From the NCBI GenBank assembly GCA_012513515.1, contig JAAZCA010000014.1, positions 1,268-65,267 of the forward strand: a DNA stretch of 64,000 bases, written 5' to 3'. The stretch is from Myxococcales bacterium (GTDB taxonomy: Bacteria > UBA10199 > 2-02-FULL-44-16 > JAAZCA01). The position numbers were made by a program, and so were the translations under genes. This document shows, piece after piece, positions 10,118-17,643 of this stretch. The first letter of the stretch is position 1; every line of letters begins with the position of its first letter. Under the pieces are notes generated by a model. That model made no database searches and had not been told where the DNA came from. It was given only the letters and a program-made list of their open reading frames with translations.

Positions 10118-10536
10118 TGCATATACTTTCTCTTCAGGAAGTTCGCGATATAGCATTCGAGCTCGCCAGAGAGAGTATGGCATGGGACGAACCTATTCCG
10201 GATTTTGACACCCGATTTCCTAACGTCCTGGAAAGCTGTCTATCGGCACCTTTTCAAACCTTTGACAAAAAAAATCTTTACAAAGGGTTGCTCGAAAAGA
10301 GCGCAATACTTTTCTATCTCATGATAAAGAATCATCCCTTTGCAAATGGCAACAAACGCATAGCGGTTACAGCTCTGCTTGTTTTCTTGGCTCTAAATGG
10401 GAAATGGTTGGAGGTAAGCAATCAGGAACTGTATAATTTTGCGGTTTGGGTGGCAAGCAGCCCGCCGCAACTCATGAACGAAACCGCTGATGCTATAGAG
10501 GGTTTTCTGACAAAAAATATCGTCTGTTACAGTTGA
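10117..10536 (+). CDS. doc: Doc/Fic-family toxin (death-on-curing type)
   Basis: It carries the exact Doc motif HPFANGNKR (HxFx[DN]GNKR). It uses a GTG start overlapping the upstream stop (TAGTG). Confidence 0.85.
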   Translation: MHILSLQEVRDIAFELARESMAWDEPIPDFDTRFPNVLESCLSAPFQTFDKKNLYKGLLEKSAILFYLMIKNHPFANGNKRIAVTALLVFLALNGKWLEVSNQELYNFAVWVASSPPQLMNETADAIEGFLTKNIVCYS

Positions 10537-10544
10537 AGGACTGG

Positions 10545-10745
10545 CAAATTGACCATGGACCATAGTGCGATAAAAGCCTGTCATCCCCGAGTGATTTTAT
10601 CGGGGATCCCGTAACGACCGTGACTGGTGGAAAAACAGAGGCTAGAGGTGAGATGTTAGAAACTAGAAAAAAACGGGCTCGTAAAAATCTCGTTTCTCAC
10701 TTCTAGATTCTAGCTTCTTGATGTCGGTCGATGGTCAATTGTCGG
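10545..10745. repeat. composite intergenic repeat plus CTAGA-type tandem-repeat hairpin (10630..10720)
   Basis: It carries the modules TTGACCATGGACCA, GTCATCCCCGAGTG, CGGGGATCCCG, CGACCGTGACTGGTG and GGTCGATGGTCAATTG. A hairpin GGCTAGAGGTGAGA...TCTCACTTCTAGATTCTAGC lies inside it. Confidence 0.75.
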
Positions 10746-10981
10746 GTTTAGGATGCATATCCCTGAAAAGAGCTGTTGGCATATTCGTTCAGATATTGTT
10801 AGAATGGGCGCCATCATTATTTAAGATTCGGGGTCCCTTTTATGCGTCAGAAAACGGATGCGCGCCTTATCATAACGAGAATGCCTGTTTCGATTTTTTC
10901 GCGTAATCACTTGAAATTATTCATTATTAGCTAAATCGGCTTTGGCATATAGGTTGCAACGTTATACGCCTGGAGGTTCTT

Positions 10982-13900
10982 ATGAAGAAAATAACCATAC
11001 TAATTCTTTCCGTGATCGCGATCGCCGCGGCCTATCCGCTTTTCGCCGCACAGGATTTTGGGTTTTCCGATCCGATACCGGTCGTCGGGGATAACCCAAA
11101 TGATCCAGGCGGGACGAGTGCTGTGAGGATGTATTTTTTCAATCATCCGGCATACACGGGGGACTCTAACTTCTCATCCTCATATGAGATCGATAAAAAA
11201 GTGAGCGATGTGATTGCAGTTCCGGGATCTGTTAGGATTGGAGAGCCTACTGCTATCTATTTACCCGCTTTTGGCTATGATAAGTCAAATATGCCGAAGT
11301 TAAAATCAACTTTAGGTTTAGGGCCTAGGAATTTGACTCTAAAGTTTGCTGAAGATAAGGAAATTACGCGTTATTTAGTGATGAGACCCTCCACCAAACC
11401 TAACCGACATGGAAGGTCAGTAGTGCTTGCAGATATCAGAAAAACGAAGTCAGGCGAATACCAATCACTTTCACTCGGAAATGACCGCCAATATATCGGC
11501 TATGCAGGCAACTATATTGCCCCATACTTGAGCGCTTCAGGGAAGAGCGATCATCCGGCATTATTTAAAAGTGCCAGCTCTGCTTACTTCAAATGGTGTT
11601 CCAGATCCAATAACATGGGTATCTACTTCGAATGTGCCGAAGAGGATACAATAGAAGAGATAGATGATATATTAGCGTACGACCTGGTTCCGCCTGTTGA
11701 TGCCTCTTTGATGATAACCCCCGTTTTTGATCCATTGCAGATACATGTGGGCGGTACAACTGCTGAACGTGGGTACTTGCTGAAAAACGGCCAAAGCACC
11801 AAGGGTTTTTATGCACTGAACGCAGCTACTACGGGTGCAGAACAACGAAAAGGCGAATTTAGAAAAGGCGAATTTAACTTTGCCTTAATTTCTCCTCTAA
11901 GTTTCTTTTACAAAGGCAACTACGACAAATATCGTTTTTTGGGGTACTCAAGTCTTCAGGACTACGTGATAGACATGACAGCGTTTCCTGAGAACAACTC
12001 ATCACTAGGGGGACTTAATCCAGAAGATTGGTTCGACTTACTCTATAAAAAGGTTGACGAACCTAAGGACTTTAGCTCAATTTTTATGTTGTATTCTTTA
12101 GGTTTAATAAATCTTCCCTATGCCACAGCTAACACTGTTTCGTCCGAGACACGTACCGCAGAATCACTACAGACGATCAGCGATATAATAGCGCCTGCCT
12201 ACATCACCAACCCATGGTTTCCGGTGGCGGCCAACCCTGTGGCAGTTGTCAGGGATTCTAGCCAGGATGTAGCTACCCTTTATTACAACACACTCTTTAG
12301 TTGGAATGATTTTTTGCTTACCCCTTATGGGCGTCCGACAATTTTCAAGGACATGGATGTTCACAGAATGAAGGAACTCGTCGGTTTTAAAAAAACAGAC
12401 GGATCCTTTACTTCTCTGGAAGACTGGTCTGGATATGAGTTCTTTTATCCGAGCAAGGTGGTAGTGCCGGTGGTGATATGGGGAGTCGGTGATGTAGATA
12501 TTGCGCAGTATGAGACATCCAATCCATCTTCGATAATTACGCCGAAAACGGTAGCTCTCGTGGATTATGGCGCCTCCAGCCACCCTGGAATTTTCAATAT
12601 GGCACATTTGCAGGACAGATCAAGAATTCCTAAAGACTATCTTCTTCTTCCCTCATCCATCGCTAACAATCGTGGCTTTGCCGGCATGATATACGTCATC
12701 GATAAAAATGACACGGAAAGCCAGCTTCATATGAAGAGTTGGAAATGGACCGAAGAACTAGGAAATGCTGACGATGTCAGAAAACGATTCGCCCTAAGGC
12801 CAAGAGAAGAAATATATACGGAAATTCCGTTCAGGGTTCCTTCCAAGGCTATTATGATTCCTCCCTATGATGGAGATCCAAACGTGGTCCCTTATCAACT
12901 TGCCACGGGAAACCTTGATGGAGATTCCTGTCAGGATATCGTGGTAAGTTATCGAAGCGCCGAGATGGTAACAGATATCCCAACTAAAAATTACACTGAC
13001 TTTCACGTATCCTATCCAAACCTGTTCAGCATCATATTCAGGAGCCCGCTCAAAGATGGTAGCTGCCCATTTTCCACTAGTGATAAATATTGGGATCCTG
13101 ATGGCATTACTGTTGTTCACAAAACTTTGCCGATTTTGGGTGGGAATACGGCCGGCAATGCCGCTGTTTCAGCGGTTTCAATAGGCAATTTCGTGGGAGA
13201 ACTTGGAAATAAAAAAAGAAACGATATAGCCGTCGGAAACCTAAATCTCGAGAAGGACGCCGATGGCAATTTTGCCGGCTTTGTCTACGTCTTTGCGAAT
13301 TCGGAAGATGACATTGATCGTACAACCGGAAAGCCGATCTTTAGTTCGCCAAACACAGGATATGACCCAACTACGGGCATTGGCGCCATCAGAATTAAGG
13401 CCGGTTTTAAATCTCATCCCGATAGCACAGATAAGTGGGGCGTGGGTTATTTGACGACTGACAGCGTTAGTGTTGAAGAATACGACAACATAGGTGCCAT
13501 AAGCGGACTTCCGCTGATCCTCCCATCCCTGGCATGTCCAGTAAGCGGCAGCGATACAACCAGGGCAGTTAGCGTCCATGAAGGAATGCTCGCCACCCTA
13601 TATGCGAGAATGAGTGAAAGCATAGGATGTGATGAGATAATATCAGCTAACGAAAATAATTTAAACCAAAGCTCATGCATGGACTCCACTCATAAAATGG
13701 AATACCCTTTTCAAAAATTCGGCATGCCATTGCCTCAGCGCTGTGCGCCCAGAGAAGGGGTATGTGGAGCTGGTCTTGTTGAAGAAGCAACTAATTACAA
13801 ACTTCCGTTGTGGAGTGATATAGATTGCCCAACCCAATGCTCAAAATGGGAAAATCTATGCTTACTTAGCCAGATGGACCAAAATCTTACGTCATCTTCA

Positions 13901-16285
13901 GAACCTTATATGGGGCTTGGCGGAAATTTTTGTATGGTAAGAGATGACATTCATGGCCAACCTCTTAATCCAATGGCTTACCTTTGTATGCAGCAGCTAA
14001 ATGCTGTGCGCGAGCCGGTGAATAAGCAAGACAGCTTTGCGTATTTAACCGACTTAGGCGGCATTGCCGATGGATCGCAGACGGAAAATGCATTCTATTA
14101 TTTTGCGCCACTATTTCCGCCCGATGAAGAAACAAGTCTTAGTGTATATTCTACACTTTTTACTGGAAATAATCGCTATGCGCCAATTACGTTTATGGAC
14201 AATTTGGTCAATGCGAGCAATGCTTGGACGTTCTATCTGCCATCTACGGCAAGTGCCCAGTATAATCCCACTTACCCAGAGCGTGTGCAACCGTTCCCAA
14301 GTGGCGCAGCCGGATGTTCCCTCTTACCTCCTTCTCAGCAGAACGTAGTCAGCCAGGATAGAGAGATGTCCGTGCCATTTGCATATGATTTTCTCGATCC
14401 AAAGATGCCGCTGGAGGATAACCCCCTGTTCAATAAAATAAGCCCTCCGAGCGGCTCTCAGGCCGAGACAACCTACTATCCCTCGACTATAGATTATAAA
14501 AAAATCCCCCTTATAAAGGGGCGTGAGATGCCGGGACCTAGGGAGATGACCGTGATACTGGGGGCCGCTGCGCCATGCGGCAATGGATCTGTAGATGTGT
14601 ATCTTGGCGAGCAATGCGATCCTATTGCTGACGACCCAAGTTCCTCATGTAAGAGCTTGGGATTTGGAGATTCGAGCTCATGCAATGCAAATTGCATGTG
14701 TAGCGGATGTGGTGATGGTACGGTGGATTCGAATGCGGGAGAGGAATGCGATCTGGGTTCAGAGAATTTTTCAGATACCGATCGTGACGGATGTCGAACC
14801 GGATGCAAGTTGCACTCATGCGGTGATGAAGTGGTTGATTCCGACGAGCAGTGCGAAGGAAATCAGACGCAGGAAGGGTCACACTGCGATCCTGACAAAT
14901 GCCAGTGGGTTTCAAATACCTGCGGAGATGGGATCTTTTCACAGGACGCGACTTACAGCGAAGAATGTGATTACTCAGCCGGTGAAGAGGGCGCCTGCAA
15001 AACTGCTGGTTTTGAATGTAGCCAAAGTTGCATATGTGAACCTATTTGCGGCGACAATATCGTAGCAGGCGCTGAGGTTTGCGATGGTACCGCCGGCTGT
15101 CAGTCAGGATACACCTGTAACGAAGAATGCAGCGTATGCGAAAAGGTGCCGGTCTGCGGCGATGGAACTGTCGACCCCGGGGAAACCTGCGGAGAGCTGG
15201 GGCTTTCATGTGCTGAAGGTTTTGAATGCATCGCCCAAGGGCAACCTAATGCCTGCACATGTACGCCGGTGCCGGACTCGTTTTCATCCGACTGCGAGGT
15301 GAAGTGCGTAAGCTTCGCAGACGAAGCGGAGAAGCTCTATTACGATTCACTTAACGAGACCTATTTCCGCGCTCCATCGGGAAGAAAGGACGATTTCTTC
15401 TGCCCGAACAACTCCGTCATCCAGATGTCCTGCCTTGTCGCAGATGCTGCATTCAACGGATCCGTCGGCCCTTGGATGATGGTCCAGAGCAAGGGAATGG
15501 TGCTGCATGACATGGCCAAGATCACATCATCGGATTTTCCGTTCGATGTCGTAGCCCCGCAGAGCCCGATTCGAATCGCTCCTCTCGCATCCTCCGCGAG
15601 CTCCGGCGGAAAAGCCGCTGCGGTCGTCCTCCCGAACCTGGCCTCGATTCGAGGGAATCTGGAGTTTTCAACCAGCGGAGTCTCGCCGATGGCGGCGACA
15701 TCTGTGATGGAAAGCACGGCCGGCATAATGACGATCAACAACATGATAGAGCATCGTGCAGTCGCTCTAATGCCTTCGAGTTCAAAATCGCAGTCGAGGG
15801 ATGCTGGCAAGGCTGCTGCGGCCCCTGCCGTACATTACACGAGGCTTCGGGCCTATCCGGAACCGACCCACACTACGATAGAGAGCTGGCCGAAGGATCT
15901 CGATCCTGAGAAGCTCTATGTCGAGAATCGGCTGAAACCGGATTATGTCAGGAGCATAATTGAAACTCGTAAAAAGGAAGGGGCAAAGGGAACCCGCGAT
16001 ATCGCCCTGGGAATTTCTGACGATGTCGGCATATACGAGATGTCGATATTGCAGGAGACCTATGGTGAAAAGAGCAGCGGCACTACGGCGGTCAACTATT
16101 CATTCTATGCTGGGCCCGTATCTTCGATCTCCGAAGGGGGCGCAGGATGCGGAAAGTGCTCGATATCCGAGAATTCTGGCTTCAATGCCAGGGCCGCCAC
16201 ACCTATATTGCTGGCAGTGCTGTTGTCGGCACTCGCCCTTGGCGCAGTAAGGGTGAGGGTTAGCGTGAGGTCGAAAAGGAAGTAG
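10982..16285 (+). CDS. giant secreted/cell-surface protein (1767 aa) with FG-GAP-like repeats, Myxococcus-type CGDG cysteine-rich repeats and a C-terminal sorting-like anchor
   Basis: It has a GGAGG Shine-Dalgarno and an N-terminal signal peptide (MKKITILILSVIAIAAAYPLFAAQ). Five CGDG...EECD repeats fall at residues ~1230-1400, FG-GAP-like segments (GNFVGELGNKKRNDIAVGNLN) are present, and the protein ends GAGCGKCS...PILLAVLLSALALGAVRVRVSVRSKRK. A terminator hairpin follows at 16309..16357. Confidence 0.85.
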   Translation: MKKITILILSVIAIAAAYPLFAAQDFGFSDPIPVVGDNPNDPGGTSAVRMYFFNHPAYTGDSNFSSSYEIDKKVSDVIAVPGSVRIGEPTAIYLPAFGYDKSNMPKLKSTLGLGPRNLTLKFAEDKEITRYLVMRPSTKPNRHGRSVVLADIRKTKSGEYQSLSLGNDRQYIGYAGNYIAPYLSASGKSDHPALFKSASSAYFKWCSRSNNMGIYFECAEEDTIEEIDDILAYDLVPPVDASLMITPVFDPLQIHVGGTTAERGYLLKNGQSTKGFYALNAATTGAEQRKGEFRKGEFNFALISPLSFFYKGNYDKYRFLGYSSLQDYVIDMTAFPENNSSLGGLNPEDWFDLLYKKVDEPKDFSSIFMLYSLGLINLPYATANTVSSETRTAESLQTISDIIAPAYITNPWFPVAANPVAVVRDSSQDVATLYYNTLFSWNDFLLTPYGRPTIFKDMDVHRMKELVGFKKTDGSFTSLEDWSGYEFFYPSKVVVPVVIWGVGDVDIAQYETSNPSSIITPKTVALVDYGASSHPGIFNMAHLQDRSRIPKDYLLLPSSIANNRGFAGMIYVIDKNDTESQLHMKSWKWTEELGNADDVRKRFALRPREEIYTEIPFRVPSKAIMIPPYDGDPNVVPYQLATGNLDGDSCQDIVVSYRSAEMVTDIPTKNYTDFHVSYPNLFSIIFRSPLKDGSCPFSTSDKYWDPDGITVVHKTLPILGGNTAGNAAVSAVSIGNFVGELGNKKRNDIAVGNLNLEKDADGNFAGFVYVFANSEDDIDRTTGKPIFSSPNTGYDPTTGIGAIRIKAGFKSHPDSTDKWGVGYLTTDSVSVEEYDNIGAISGLPLILPSLACPVSGSDTTRAVSVHEGMLATLYARMSESIGCDEIISANENNLNQSSCMDSTHKMEYPFQKFGMPLPQRCAPREGVCGAGLVEEATNYKLPLWSDIDCPTQCSKWENLCLLSQMDQNLTSSSEPYMGLGGNFCMVRDDIHGQPLNPMAYLCMQQLNAVREPVNKQDSFAYLTDLGGIADGSQTENAFYYFAPLFPPDEETSLSVYSTLFTGNNRYAPITFMDNLVNASNAWTFYLPSTASAQYNPTYPERVQPFPSGAAGCSLLPPSQQNVVSQDREMSVPFAYDFLDPKMPLEDNPLFNKISPPSGSQAETTYYPSTIDYKKIPLIKGREMPGPREMTVILGAAAPCGNGSVDVYLGEQCDPIADDPSSSCKSLGFGDSSSCNANCMCSGCGDGTVDSNAGEECDLGSENFSDTDRDGCRTGCKLHSCGDEVVDSDEQCEGNQTQEGSHCDPDKCQWVSNTCGDGIFSQDATYSEECDYSAGEEGACKTAGFECSQSCICEPICGDNIVAGAEVCDGTAGCQSGYTCNEECSVCEKVPVCGDGTVDPGETCGELGLSCAEGFECIAQGQPNACTCTPVPDSFSSDCEVKCVSFADEAEKLYYDSLNETYFRAPSGRKDDFFCPNNSVIQMSCLVADAAFNGSVGPWMMVQSKGMVLHDMAKITSSDFPFDVVAPQSPIRIAPLASSASSGGKAAAVVLPNLASIRGNLEFSTSGVSPMAATSVMESTAGIMTINNMIEHRAVALMPSSSKSQSRDAGKAAAAPAVHYTRLRAYPEPTHTTIESWPKDLDPEKLYVENRLKPDYVRSIIETRKKEGAKGTRDIALGISDDVGIYEMSILQETYGEKSSGTTAVNYSFYAGPVSSISEGGAGCGKCSISENSGFNARAATPILLAVLLSALALGAVRVRVSVRSKRK

Positions 16286-16308
16286 GGCGTTAAAATAGAA
16301 GTATCTTC

Positions 16309-16357
16309 TTCGGGGGAGATGTAATCGCTTCGTGCGGCCGTGTCCCCCGAGTTTTTT
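16309..16357 (+). terminator. rho-independent terminator after the giant gene
   Basis: CTTCGGGGGAG ... TGTCCCCCGAG forms a stem followed by TTTTTT. Confidence 0.7.
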
Positions 16358-16372
16358 CAGGCATTCTTAAAA

Positions 16373-16560
16373 TCGACCATGGACAATTGGCCTCTGTTTT
16401 TTCCAGTCACGGCTGTTGCTGGAGGGGGTCGAATCCTGATCGCTGATCCCTGATCTTTGATCAGCATTTTGTAAGATTAGCTTATATTCGAAAACATCCT
16501 TATTAAGATTAAGATCAGGATCAAGATTAAGATGAAGATTAAGATTAAGAGGAAGATTAA
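16373..16560. repeat. composite repeat: CGACCATGGACAATTGGCC module + ~105-bp MITE-like element (copy A) + (AAGATT)n hexamer tract
   Basis: The 105-bp core is nearly identical to 17343..17447, with 2 mismatches. Confidence 0.8.
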
Positions 16561-16911
16561 TCAAAATATCGGATTAAATTTTTTCATATTGATGATCATA
16601 GCATAAGCCCTGCGAAGCAGCGTTTTTAGTTCTTCCTGATACTTGGCGGATATATATCCATAAGCCGATAGGATATCGATGATCGAGGCGACCTCGGCTA
16701 TTGAGCCTGGGGAGATATCGAAAAACCGATTTCTGTCTTTTTGGGACTTTCTGCCATTTCCTTCCGCTAAGTTAAGCAGGGTGCTGGAAAGGGCTCGTTT
16801 AAGCTGATCCTCCAGATAGTAATTTCCCCTTGGAAGAGATCCTATTAGCTCTGGCATTCTTTTTGCGACCGAAAGCAAAAGTCCGTAGCAGTTAAGCCGC
16901 TGATGATTCAT
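16561..16911 (-). CDS. four-helix-bundle protein (TIGR02436-like, '23S rRNA intervening-sequence protein' family)
   Basis: It is 116 aa and starts MNHQRLNCYGLLLSVAKRMPELIG...NLAEGNGR. A GGAGG Shine-Dalgarno precedes it, and a paralog is encoded divergently. Confidence 0.8.
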   Translation of the reverse strand: MNHQRLNCYGLLLSVAKRMPELIGSLPRGNYYLEDQLKRALSSTLLNLAEGNGRKSQKDRNRFFDISPGSIAEVASIIDILSAYGYISAKYQEELKTLLRRAYAMIINMKKFNPIF

Positions 16912-16926
16912 TTAAAACCTCCTCCT

Positions 16927-16984
16927 TGTGATTTTAATTTCAAAACCTCCCGACCGGCTGAGAGGTTTTGAAATTAAAATCACA
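16927..16984. promoter_or_regulatory. perfect 23-bp inverted repeat (TGTGATTTTAATTTCAAAACCTC - 12 nt - GAGGTTTTGAAATTAAAATCACA) between the divergent four-helix-bundle genes
   Basis: Both arms were read directly from the sequence. The element sits between the two Shine-Dalgarno sequences. Confidence 0.8.
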
Positions 16985-16996
16985 GATGGAGGGGTT

Positions 16997-17332
16997 ATGT
17001 TCGGACATCAGCGGCTTTACTGCTACAATCTTTGCCTTGGGGTGGCAAAAAGGATGCCAGAGCTAATCGGATCATGGCCATCGGGGTCAGGATATCTCGT
17101 GGATCAGCTTAAACGGGCCCTTTCGAGCGTTATACTGAATATCGCTGAAGGAAATGGTAGAAAGTCGATAAAGGAGAGAAGACGGTTTTTCGATATCGCG
17201 ATAGGTTCTGCTGCCGAAGTATCCTCTATCTTCGATGTCGCCAGAGCTTATGGATATATCACCGAGCCAGTCTATGAGGAGCTTCAGTCGGAGCTGCTTC
17301 AGGTGGTGAGGATGCTATACAAGCTGAAGTAA
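16997..17332 (+). CDS. four-helix-bundle protein (TIGR02436-like), paralog of 16561..16911
   Basis: MFGHQRLYCYNLCLGVAKRMPELIG...NIAEGNGR is roughly 60% identical to its neighbour by eye. A GGAGGGG Shine-Dalgarno precedes it. The ORF-track start at 16928 lies inside the palindrome, so the start was reset to the ATG at 16997. Confidence 0.8.
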   Translation: MFGHQRLYCYNLCLGVAKRMPELIGSWPSGSGYLVDQLKRALSSVILNIAEGNGRKSIKERRRFFDIAIGSAAEVSSIFDVARAYGYITEPVYEELQSELLQVVRMLYKLK

Positions 17333-17337
17333 TCCTC

Positions 17338-17552
17338 GAATCCTGATCCCTAATCCCTGATCTTTGATCAGCATTTTGTAAGATTAGCTTATATTCGAAA
17401 ACATCCTTATTAAGATTAAGATCAGGATCAAGATTAAGATTCGGGGATGACACCATGAATGTCATTCCCGCATGCTGTAAGCCGCCGCTAACGCGGGGCA
17501 AACGGGAATCCCTTGCCAATCGTTCAGCAGTTACGAGTCACCAGTCACAGCT
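17338..17552. repeat. composite repeat: ~105-bp MITE-like element (copy B) + CGGGGATGAC / GTCATTCCCGC / AAGCCGCCGCTAACGCGGGG / CACCAGTCAC modules
   Basis: It is a direct repeat of 16426..16530. Confidence 0.8.
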
Positions 17553-17643
17553 TTTTACCCAATAATCTCTTGTAATCATTGACTTCTTTCTTTTTCTCAA
17601 TAAGATCACCGCAAATTCAAGAAGTTAAAGCGGGGGAGGAAAA

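Noticed and set aside
10718-10906. 62-aa ORF in the intergenic region upstream of the giant gene
   Set aside because: It has no RBS, starts inside a repeat module, and shows no recognisable domain. It is more likely non-coding promoter/leader DNA for the giant gene.
16367-17519. ORFs 16367..16564 (-) and 17259..17519 (-), translated as LNLNLDPDLNLNKDVFEYKLILQNADQRSGI...
   Set aside because: They are simply the reading of the ~105-bp repeat element and its hexamer tract in one frame. The same 'protein' appears twice because the DNA repeat is duplicated. There is no RBS and composition is low-complexity.
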